Shown: positions 8,468 through 15,456, counted from the stretch's first letter. The stretch is 19,209 nucleotides of DNA from a virus (IMGVR_UViG_3300032327_000093:69215-88423); one strand, 5' to 3'. Notes: generated by a model not told the origin, from the sequence alone. Made by a program: numbers and translations.

Positions 8468-8492
8468 CATTAAATGGATTTGGGTATATAAT
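8464..8492 (+). promoter_or_regulatory. Repeat promoter 6
   Basis: TTGACA-TTAAATGGATTTGGGTA-TATAAT. Confidence 0.9.
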
Positions 8493-8526
8493 ACATACTT
8501 AGACAGTTAATTAAAGGACTTAGAAA

Positions 8527-8721
8527 ATGACAAATTTTGCAATGTTTACTGACGCTGGTAATGATGCAGTTGGATCCATCGTAAAGTTGGCAATCAGTCA
8601 AAACTTGAGTTGGTCTGTTGTTCGAGGATTGCTCAAGGCCTTGGCTCAGGACGAGCGTTTTGAGGAAGCTACTGACACCTCTGTGCAGGAAGCAGTATAC
8701 AAGGCTTGCGATTTTAGTTGA
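8527..8721 (+). CDS. Cassette hypothetical protein (64 aa)
   Basis: RBS AAGGA; the stop lies inside repeat 7. Confidence 0.75.
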   Translation: MTNFAMFTDAGNDAVGSIVKLAISQNLSWSVVRGLLKALAQDERFEEATDTSVQEAVYKACDFS

Positions 8722-8746
8722 CATTAAATGGTTTTGGGTATATAAT
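8718..8746 (+). promoter_or_regulatory. Repeat promoter 7
   Basis: TTGACA-17-TATAAT, then CAGGAG and ATG 8780. Confidence 0.9.
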
Positions 8747-8779
8747 AGAGTCTTATTCAGTCAACAACAGGAGTTTCAG

Positions 8780-8998
8780 ATGGGCTACAAAGTTATCGCA
8801 GACAAACATCAGATGGATGAAATGCGTACCAAGTATGGTCCTCGCAAAGGTCTAGAAGGTCCTTTCAACTTCACTGGCCGTGTGTTGTATTACGACACCG
8901 AAGAAGGTCAGTACTATGACCCCACTACCGACTTCTATGTTGAGCAGGCTGATATGGATATCATCCATCAGCGTATCGTGGATATTCTGAAGGCTTGA
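8780..8998 (+). CDS. Cassette hypothetical protein (72 aa; YGPRKGLEGPF ... YYDP.TDFY)
   Basis: ATG 8780 sits behind CAGGAG; the track start at 8618 runs through the upstream gene and promoter. Confidence 0.8.
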   Translation: MGYKVIADKHQMDEMRTKYGPRKGLEGPFNFTGRVLYYDTEEGQYYDPTTDFYVEQADMDIIHQRIVDILKA

Positions 8999-9023
8999 CA
9001 ATAAATGGGTAATAGTATATAAT
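8995..9023 (+). promoter_or_regulatory. Repeat promoter 8 (most diverged spacer)
   Basis: TTGACA-ATAAATGGGTAATAGTA-TATAAT, then CAGGAG and ATG 9058. Confidence 0.85.
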
Positions 9024-9057
9024 ACTATCTTGTTCAGTTAATTACAGGAGTTTTTCT

Positions 9058-10089
9058 ATGTCAACTATTCGCATTCTCTCTGGTTCTTATCGTAACAACC
9101 CTGTTGCTGGTGATGTGTTCACACTAGTCAAAGGTTATCAGGTTGGTAAGAAGGGCGGATTCGTTACTGTTAAAAATGACGGACAGTTTGCATCGGGTGG
9201 ACCTCAGGTCCGTGTCAATGTTAATAGCATTGAAGATATTCAATTCATGAATGGAGAAGCAGTAGTGGGTAATGCAGTAGAATTCAAAGCAAAAGCAGAG
9301 GTTCTCAAAGAATCTGATCAGGAAGCAATGGACCGTATCGCAGGTCGTTTTGCTGTATTGGATGAAATGTCAAAAGCATGTATCAGTGGTGACATTCGTG
9401 CTATGATTGTCACAGGCCCTCCTGGTGTCGGTAAGTCATTTGGTGTTACTCAGCAAATGGAAAAAGCTAGCATGTTCGATAAGATTGCTGGCAAGAAGGT
9501 CCGTTTCAATACTGTCAAAGGTGCAATGAGTGCTATTGGTTTGTTTGTACTATTGTACAAATACTCTGATGCTAAAAACGTATTGGTGTTTGATGACTGC
9601 GATATCTGGGATGATCAAGATGCAGTCAACATTCTGAAAGGTGCATTGGATAGTAGCAAGACACGGCGTATCTCTTACAACAAAGATTCACGTATTCTGC
9701 GTGAAGAGGGAGTGCCCAATTCTTTCAACTTCAATGGCTCTATCATCTTTATCACAAACAAATCGTTTGATGCTAAAAAAGCAAACAAAATGCAACCTCA
9801 CTTGGATGCATTGCAAAGTCGTTGTCACTTTCTGGATTTGACTATCAATACTGAGCGTGACAAAATGATGCGTATCAAGCAGGTCTATCGTGATGCTGAC
9901 CCTGGCTTGTTTGTTGACTATTCTTTTAGTAAAGAACAAGAAGAAGGCATCATGGAATACATGTGGTCTAACTGCAATCAATTGCGTGAGATCAGTTTGC
10001 GTATGGTGTTGAAGATTGCTGACTTGGTTAAAATCAGTCCCAATAACTGGACAGAACTTGCGAAAGCAACTTGCATGAAGAATCTCTGA
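9058..10089 (+). CDS. AAA+ ATPase with an N-terminal beta-rich domain
   Basis: Walker A GPPGVGKS, Walker B VLVFDDCD, sensor-1 IIFITN, arginine finger ALQSRC. Confidence 0.85.
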   Translation: MSTIRILSGSYRNNPVAGDVFTLVKGYQVGKKGGFVTVKNDGQFASGGPQVRVNVNSIEDIQFMNGEAVVGNAVEFKAKAEVLKESDQEAMDRIAGRFAVLDEMSKACISGDIRAMIVTGPPGVGKSFGVTQQMEKASMFDKIAGKKVRFNTVKGAMSAIGLFVLLYKYSDAKNVLVFDDCDIWDDQDAVNILKGALDSSKTRRISYNKDSRILREEGVPNSFNFNGSIIFITNKSFDAKKANKMQPHLDALQSRCHFLDLTINTERDKMMRIKQVYRDADPGLFVDYSFSKEQEEGIMEYMWSNCNQLREISLRMVLKIADLVKISPNNWTELAKATCMKNL

Positions 10090-10119
10090 TTAGATTACTT
10101 TTAGTCTGCAAAGACTTTC

Positions 10120-10145
10120 AGGGGAACTTAGGTTCCCCTTTTTTT
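10120..10145 (+). terminator. Rho-independent terminator closing the cassette array
   Basis: AGGGGAAC-TTAG-GTTCCCCT followed by a T run. A small AGTCT-GCAA-AGACT GNRA hairpin lies at 10103-10116. Confidence 0.88.
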
Positions 10146-10155
10146 GCCTTTATGC

Positions 10156-10185
10156 TTGCATTTACTAATTACTTTATGTTATACT
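10156..10185 (+). promoter_or_regulatory. Putative extended -10 promoter for uvsW
   Basis: TTGCAT (10156), 18 nt, TG-T-TATACT (10177-10185). Confidence 0.55.
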
Positions 10186-10195
10186 AAGTACTAAT

Positions 10196-11683
10196 ATGAA
10201 ACAATGCAAAATAATTGTCAAGGATGAAGTCAATGTAAAAATCGAAGGCTTAGAATTAAGCGAACGAAAAGCATTGGTAAAGATGTTTGAGTATGATGTG
10301 CCCGGTGCAAGGTATCTTCCTGCGGTACGATTAGGTAGATGGAATGGTAAGGTTAGTTTCTTTAGTCTTGGTGGCAGTAGCTATGTCAATCTACTTCCCG
10401 AAATACTACCCTTCATTGATAGCAGAGACTACGATATTGAACTAGAGGATTTGCGTACATACAGCACAACATTCAATTTTAGTGAAGTGTCCGAGGAGAC
10501 ATTCAAACACAAGAATTGGCCCGAAGGTCATCCGATCGCAGGACAACCTGTAGTATTGCGTGACTATCAGATATCAATCATCAATGAGTTTCTAAAGAAC
10601 CCACAGTCATTACAAGAGATTGCTACAGGTGCAGGCAAGACATTAATCACAGCAGCATTGAGTTGGTCTATTGAAAATTACGGGCGCAGTATTGTTATCG
10701 TGCCTAACAAAAGTCTTGTGACACAAACAGAAGCAGATTATATCAATCTAGGTTTAGATGTTGGTGTATACTTTGGTGATAGAAAAGAATACAACAAGAC
10801 ACATACGATCTGTACTTGGCAGAGCCTTAACAACATGCTTAAGAAAACAAAAGCAGGTGAAGCGGAAGTCGAGATTGGTGACTTCCTTGAAGGTGTTGTT
10901 TGCGTCATGGTTGACGAGGTTCACATGGCCAAAGCAGATGCACTAAAAGAACTATTGACTGGAATAATGAGTACTATTCCAATTCGTTGGGGTTTGACTG
11001 GCACTATCCCTAAAGAAAAATTTGCGAGTCAAGCTATCTTCATCAGTCTTGGTAATGTCATCAACAAACTATCCGCTAGTGAATTACAAGACAGAGGTGT
11101 GCTGGCACAATGTCATGTGAACATCGTGCAACTACAAGATGGGGTTGAATTCTCTAATTACCAAAGTGAACTAAAACATTTACTTGAAGATGATAAACGA
11201 TTAAATAAAATTGCTCAACTGGTAGATACAATCAAGAACAGTGGCAACACATTGATACTGGTTGACAGGGTAGCAGCAGGAAAAGAGTTACATAATAGAC
11301 TAGCTGAACTATTAAGAAACTTCAAAACAGAATACGATGTTGTATTCGTATCAGGCAATACTGGTATGGATGAACGAAAAGAACAATACGATGAAGTTGC
11401 AACAGCAACTAACAAAATCATCATAGCAACGTATGGCGTTGCAGCCGTAGGTATTAACATTCCACGAATCTTTAATCTTGTTCTTATTGAACCAGGAAAG
11501 AGTTTTGTAAGGGTGATACAAAGTATCGGTCGTGGTATCCGTAAAGCAGAAGATAAAAATTTCGTGCAGATTTGGGATATCACCAGTAGTTGTAAGTTTG
11601 CAAAACGGCATCTTACACAAAGAAAAGCATTCTACAAAGAGGCCAACTACCCTTTTGACGTAGAAAAACTCACATATAAATGA
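10196..11683 (+). CDS. uvsW: UvsW-like superfamily 2 DNA helicase
   Basis: LRDYQ Q-motif, IATGAGKT Walker A, MVDEVH (DExH), GLTGT, ATYGVAAVGINIP, QSIGRGIR; N-terminal WNGKVSFF. Confidence 0.9.
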   Translation: MKQCKIIVKDEVNVKIEGLELSERKALVKMFEYDVPGARYLPAVRLGRWNGKVSFFSLGGSSYVNLLPEILPFIDSRDYDIELEDLRTYSTTFNFSEVSEETFKHKNWPEGHPIAGQPVVLRDYQISIINEFLKNPQSLQEIATGAGKTLITAALSWSIENYGRSIVIVPNKSLVTQTEADYINLGLDVGVYFGDRKEYNKTHTICTWQSLNNMLKKTKAGEAEVEIGDFLEGVVCVMVDEVHMAKADALKELLTGIMSTIPIRWGLTGTIPKEKFASQAIFISLGNVINKLSASELQDRGVLAQCHVNIVQLQDGVEFSNYQSELKHLLEDDKRLNKIAQLVDTIKNSGNTLILVDRVAAGKELHNRLAELLRNFKTEYDVVFVSGNTGMDERKEQYDEVATATNKIIIATYGVAAVGINIPRIFNLVLIEPGKSFVRVIQSIGRGIRKAEDKNFVQIWDITSSCKFAKRHLTQRKAFYKEANYPFDVEKLTYK

Positions 11684-11689
11684 TATAAT
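11681..11689 (+). promoter_or_regulatory. Extended -10 element overlapping the uvsW stop
   Basis: TG-A-TATAAT, where TGA is the uvsW stop; 6 nt upstream of ATG 11696. Confidence 0.5.
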
Positions 11690-11695
11690 AACAAA

Positions 11696-12196
11696 ATGCG
11701 TATACTTACATTAGAAAATTCCTATTACAATCTTGAAACATTACCCGAAGAAATAGATGATCTACGATTTGCCATACTAGATAATAGTAATCCAAGTAAT
11801 GTAGATTATCATTATATCCCATTAATATTTTTAGAGAGTTTTAATGCACCTGCACTTGTACTAAGAATTGGCAAGCATACGATTAAGATGCCAGTAGATT
11901 GGCAGATATTGATTGGTGAAAAAGAACATGGTGACTTAGAGACATTGCCATTGACGAGTATCAATGATAGAGGATTCAATGCGTTTGAGTTCAATCCATT
12001 GAGTAGCTTTAGTCCTACATTTCTACCTATTGAGATACTAGACATATACCATGATGTAACGTGGTATGCTCCTCGATTAAAAAACGGACAGTTTCTGTGT
12101 GTACCTATCGAAGATGGTCCTAAACCCGCATGTATATATTTTGTAAAAGAGATTAGTCGTAATTGCGAGATAGTAGATTATTCGCAGGCATTCTAA
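11696..12196 (+). CDS. Conserved hypothetical protein, possibly a degenerate Hint-like fold
   Basis: 166-aa beta-rich ORF; spacing resembles Hint blocks B and F but without catalytic Cys1/His/Asn (inference). Confidence 0.7.
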   Translation: MRILTLENSYYNLETLPEEIDDLRFAILDNSNPSNVDYHYIPLIFLESFNAPALVLRIGKHTIKMPVDWQILIGEKEHGDLETLPLTSINDRGFNAFEFNPLSSFSPTFLPIEILDIYHDVTWYAPRLKNGQFLCVPIEDGPKPACIYFVKEISRNCEIVDYSQAF

Positions 12197-12789
12197 TGGC
12201 AACAAGAAAAGCAGCAGTACCAGTTGATGAGAAATTTGACAAACAAGATTTAGACTTGTTTGAGGTCCTTGCCGCAATGGATAAGAAAGACTATGGCTTC
12301 TATGATAGGTTATCAATAGAACAACAAAAGAAGTTTGTGCCATTCACGATGATACAATGGATGAGTGCAATCAAAGCATCAGGTGACCTACAAGGATATT
12401 ATTTGATGAGTGTAGAATATCATGCAAACAAATATCTATTCAACGAGAATGTGCAGAAGCATCCTAAACTACAATGGTTGATGTTATGTGCTAGTAGCCC
12501 TAATTTAGGTAAACAGTTTCATCAATGGATACCTAACATAAGCCCTAAGGTAAGCAAACTACAAGCGCCTGCAAAGATAAAAGATATAAGAGAATACTAT
12601 AAGAAGATATATCCCAAAGCACATGAAGATGATATAACGGCTGTAAGTCAAGCGTTTGTAGATAGTCAAAAGCGTAAACTTAGATTAGCAGAATTATTCC
12701 CCAACATGAAAATAACAGACATTGAGACACTAAATGAAACTATCACCGACGAACAACTTAAGCAATATGAAAGAGACCTCGGTAATTGA
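12196..12789 (+). CDS. gp62-like clamp-loader small subunit
   Basis: TAATG overlap gives the start at 12196. ANKY ... KHPKLQWLML ... KQFHQWI resembles the gp62 N...HPKLQY..L...KRF..W pattern; replication context. Confidence 0.6.
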   Translation: MATRKAAVPVDEKFDKQDLDLFEVLAAMDKKDYGFYDRLSIEQQKKFVPFTMIQWMSAIKASGDLQGYYLMSVEYHANKYLFNENVQKHPKLQWLMLCASSPNLGKQFHQWIPNISPKVSKLQAPAKIKDIREYYKKIYPKAHEDDITAVSQAFVDSQKRKLRLAELFPNMKITDIETLNETITDEQLKQYERDLGN

Positions 12790-13468
12790 ACCAGTAAAGT
12801 TTGGATGTGAATTCTGTAAGCGTGAGTTCTTAAAAGAAAGCACGATAACTAAACACATCTGTGAGAACAAGCGTAGGTGGCTAGATAAAGACTTGCGTGG
12901 TAATCAGTTTGGCTTTCAGACTTGGGTACAGTTTTATAAAAAGAATACATCTAGTCGCAAGCATCGTACCTATGAAGAATTCATTCGTAGCGCATACTAT
13001 ACAGCATTCACTAAGTTTGGTAACTATTGTCTTAATATCAATGCTATCAATATCCCAAGATATGTTGAATGGTTATTAAAGAATCAAGTTAAGATTGACA
13101 ATTGGTGTAGTGATAGTACCTATACCAAATATCTTATCGAATATCTACGACATGAGGATCCATTTGACGCAATACATCGTAGCGTAGAGACTTGTATCAA
13201 ATTAGCTGAGGATGCAAACATTCAACCACATGACATGTTGCGTTATGGTAATGCGAACAAACTATGTTATGCTATCACAACGGGCAAGATAAGTCCATGG
13301 ATGTTGTATCAGAGCGACAGTGGTACCCGTTTTCTAGATACATTAAATGAAGGTCATGTGCGACTTGTAATAGATTATATTGACCCAGAACAATGGGCAA
13401 TAAAGTTCAAGAGGGATACAGAACTCACAAAACGAATCAGTAGTACACTAAAAGAAGCTGGTTATTGA
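12767..13468 (+). CDS. Conserved protein with an N-terminal C-x2-C-x12-H-x-C zinc finger
   Basis: CEFCKREFLKESTITKHIC; ATG 12767 overlaps the end of the gp62-like gene. Confidence 0.75.
   Translation: MKETSVIEPVKFGCEFCKREFLKESTITKHICENKRRWLDKDLRGNQFGFQTWVQFYKKNTSSRKHRTYEEFIRSAYYTAFTKFGNYCLNINAINIPRYVEWLLKNQVKIDNWCSDSTYTKYLIEYLRHEDPFDAIHRSVETCIKLAEDANIQPHDMLRYGNANKLCYAITTGKISPWMLYQSDSGTRFLDTLNEGHVRLVIDYIDPEQWAIKFKRDTELTKRISSTLKEAGY
13415..13468 (+). repeat. Copy A of a diverged 54-nt duplication (DTELTKRISSTLKEAGY*)
   Basis: Aligns codon-for-codon with 14233-14286; 38/54 nt and 12/17 aa identical (hand count). Confidence 0.85.
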
Positions 13469-13529
13469 TAAATAAAAGTGTAGTCCACGAGCCTCTAACC
13501 TCTCCGACTACTCTAACGCTATCAAGGAG
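13467..13529 (+). promoter_or_regulatory. Endonuclease leader: late-type GATAAATA, stem-loop and AAGGAG RBS
   Basis: GATAAATA 13467-13474; GTAGTC (13480-13485) pairs with GACTAC (13506-13511); AAGGAG 13524-13529. Confidence 0.6.
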
Positions 13530-13536
13530 CATCAGC

Positions 13537-14181
13537 ATGAGTATTTATTCAAGAAAAAACTCTCCCATTGGATTTTATGTCTACGCATATGTTAGGTCAG
13601 ATGATACCCCATATTATATTGGAAAAGGCCATAATCAACGAGCATGGAAACACACAAAAAATGATGTTATAAAAACACCAGCGGACCACAACAATATAAT
13701 CATTTTAGAAACAAGGTTAACTTCTTTGGGAGCAGCCGCAATTGAGAGAAGAATGATTCGTTGGTATGGTAGAAAAGATTTATGTACTGGTATACTAAGA
13801 AATAGAACTGACGGCGGAGAAGGAGTTTTAGGTGCTATACGCACTGCAAAATGGAACTCCAATATTGGAAAAGCAAATTTAGGTAAGAAAAGAACTTTAG
13901 AAATAGGAGCTCGTCATAGTATAGTAATGACAGGTCGTAAACAATCAGATGAAACTCGCAAAAAGAGATCCGATTCTCTTACTGGTAGAACAAGGACAAC
14001 TGAAGAAAAAAATAGCATTAGCTTTGGTAAAAAAGGAAAACCACAAACGACAGAGCATATTGCAAATAGAAAAGCAGCACTTTTGGGTAAAAAACAGCAG
14101 GTGGTAATATGTCCACACTGCGGCACGAGTGGGGGAATAGTTAATATGAAACGATGGCATTTCACCAATTGCAACCATTAG
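13537..14181 (+). CDS. Free-standing GIY-YIG homing endonuclease with NUMOD3-like repeats and a C-terminal CPHC zinc ribbon
   Basis: FYVYAY...PYYIGKG...R catalytic module, LRNRTDGGEG, repeated G-K/R-x-x-S/T-x-E-x-K/R modules, CPHCG...NMKRWHF..C; ATG 13537 sits behind AAGGAG. Confidence 0.88.
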   Translation: MSIYSRKNSPIGFYVYAYVRSDDTPYYIGKGHNQRAWKHTKNDVIKTPADHNNIIILETRLTSLGAAAIERRMIRWYGRKDLCTGILRNRTDGGEGVLGAIRTAKWNSNIGKANLGKKRTLEIGARHSIVMTGRKQSDETRKKRSDSLTGRTRTTEEKNSISFGKKGKPQTTEHIANRKAALLGKKQQVVICPHCGTSGGIVNMKRWHFTNCNH

Positions 14182-14183
14182 CA

Positions 14184-14212
14184 TTGACATTAATCTATTT
14201 TGATGATATAAT
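14184..14212 (+). promoter_or_regulatory. Consensus sigma70 promoter downstream of the endonuclease
   Basis: TTGACA-17-TATAAT with extended TG; the first 10 nt (TTGACATTAA) match the array repeat. Confidence 0.85.
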
Positions 14213-14232
14213 TAGGTACACCTTATATACAA

Positions 14233-14286
14233 GATACTGATGTTACAAAACAAATCAAAGACACCCTCAAAGAAGCAGGCTACTAA
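14233..14286 (+). pseudogene. Copy B: stranded 3' end of the zinc-finger gene (DTDVTKQIKDTLKEAGY*)
   Basis: Codon-aligned to 13415-13468; has no start of its own; overlapped in another frame by the ORF starting at 14240. Confidence 0.8.
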
Positions 14287-14467
14287 GGTTCGTGTACCTT
14301 GGGCAAAAGGTGAAACTTCATATAAGTGGAATGATGTATGTGGCTATGCGATAGAACACTTTGGCTTGCCCGGTGAAAGATATTACACGCATGCCACAGA
14401 AGATTATATGGATTTTTATTTCTATGACGAGCGTGATGCTATACATTTTAATTTGAGTTGCTTATGA
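14240..14467 (+). CDS. LRW-family small paralogue 1
   Basis: AIEHFG ... FYFYDERDAIHFNLSCL. Confidence 0.7.
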   Translation: MLQNKSKTPSKKQATKVRVPWAKGETSYKWNDVCGYAIEHFGLPGERYYTHATEDYMDFYFYDERDAIHFNLSCL

Positions 14468-14733
14468 CACACAAGATTCGGTACGAACGTCCTAGGTCTG
14501 GGATAACATGGAACATGACAACAGAGGAACCCGTATTGATAATTGATTACGGTAACCGCAAAGTTCGTCTGACTCATAGCACCCCGTCGGCTGAGATTCT
14601 CAGCCGTAAGATGCAGGATCAAATCAAATGGTGCGAAGATACTTTCCGTTCTGGGACACATAGCTATTCCAACGGTAGATGGTTTTTCAAACGACCACAG
14701 GATCTAACCATGTTCTTGTTGAGGTGGCTATGA
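14464..14733 (+). CDS. LRW-family small paralogue 2
   Basis: ATGA overlap; IKWCEDTF ... WFFKRPQDLTMFLLRWL. Confidence 0.75.
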   Translation: MTHKIRYERPRSGITWNMTTEEPVLIIDYGNRKVRLTHSTPSAEILSRKMQDQIKWCEDTFRSGTHSYSNGRWFFKRPQDLTMFLLRWL

Positions 14734-15011
14734 TTAAGAAACGCGCCATGAATGAAGCTAGATGGGTGTCTGAATTAACCACCATGAAAAGACTTGAAAC
14801 TGGTTATGCTGGAAGTCAACCTAAATATCCCTATTGGGTCAAACCATACAACTACTCTTATAAAGAGTGGGATGACATGAGAGATTGGATGATAGATACC
14901 ATGGGATATAGTGATTGGGTGGTGAAACATGCTCGTTGGGTTGGTAGTGATAGAAAGTATTGGTTCCGTGATGAATCAGATAGAACCTTTTTCATATTGA
15001 GGTGGTCATGA
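14730..15011 (+). CDS. LRW-family small paralogue 3
   Basis: ATGA overlap; RDWMIDTMG ... YWFRDESDRTFFILRWS. Confidence 0.75.
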   Translation: MIKKRAMNEARWVSELTTMKRLETGYAGSQPKYPYWVKPYNYSYKEWDDMRDWMIDTMGYSDWVVKHARWVGSDRKYWFRDESDRTFFILRWS

Positions 15012-15253
15012 GTAAATTTACACATAAAACAGAACGCTATTTCGGTAGCAAAACAAATATACATACAGTATCTTGGAAGGGTCAAGAAGATGTTGATGTT
15101 AAAGAAGTCAAGAAATGGTGTAAAAAGAATTACGGCAAGCCAGGATATGATGAAGAAACTGGAACTAATCGTTGGGTAGATAACATCAAACAATGCGAGA
15201 TAATGCTTACCCGTGATGAAGATTTGACTATGTTTTTACTACGCTGGGAATGA
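15008..15253 (+). CDS. LRW-family small paralogue 4
   Basis: ATGA overlap; KKWCKKNYG ... LTRDEDLTMFLLRWE. Confidence 0.75.
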   Translation: MSKFTHKTERYFGSKTNIHTVSWKGQEDVDVKEVKKWCKKNYGKPGYDEETGTNRWVDNIKQCEIMLTRDEDLTMFLLRWE

Positions 15254-15456
15254 AAACCGTAACCGTCACAAATGTGCCAGTACTTCAAATAATAGAGATA
15301 GTACATCAGATGAGGGCGCATGGATGGGTAGACAAAGTAGATTTTGATTGGGCATTTTATAAAGCAGAAAACTTTTCTGAACCAGCTTACTGTTATACTA
15401 TATTCAATTTCTACCGAGATGAATACAGTACATATTTTTCATTGAGATGGCTGTGA
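15250..15456 (+). CDS. LRW-family small paralogue 5
   Basis: ATGA overlap; FNFYRDEYSTYFSLRWL. Confidence 0.75.
   Translation: MKTVTVTNVPVLQIIEIVHQMRAHGWVDKVDFDWAFYKAENFSEPAYCYTIFNFYRDEYSTYFSLRWL

Larger units (their letters stand above)
5722..9023 (+). repeat. Dispersed direct-repeat family: eight promoter+leader units separating small-gene cassettes
   Basis: Consensus TTGACATTAAATGGTTTTGGGTATATAAT with copies starting at 5722, 6050, 6444, 6886, 7947, 8464, 8718 and 8995. Confidence 0.95.

Noticed and set aside
5722-9023. CRISPR array or mini-array interpretation of the repeats
   Set aside because: The intervening segments are about 230-1030 nt, unequal and protein-coding. The repeats are promoters, and no cas genes are present.
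5722-9023. Classical integron (attC sites plus IntI)
   Set aside because: There are no GTTRRRY/RYYYAAC inverted cores or long attC hairpins, and no tyrosine recombinase in the window. The similarity is only functional.
11655-11689. TTGACG as the -35 partner of TATAAT at 11684
   Set aside because: The spacing is 23 nt, so only the extended -10 element was kept.
13415-14286. Group I intron carrying the endonuclease, with 14233-14286 as a second exon
   Set aside because: Only about 68 nt before and 50 nt after the endonuclease ORF are non-coding, too little for a group I core. The upstream gene already ends with a complete equivalent C-terminus.
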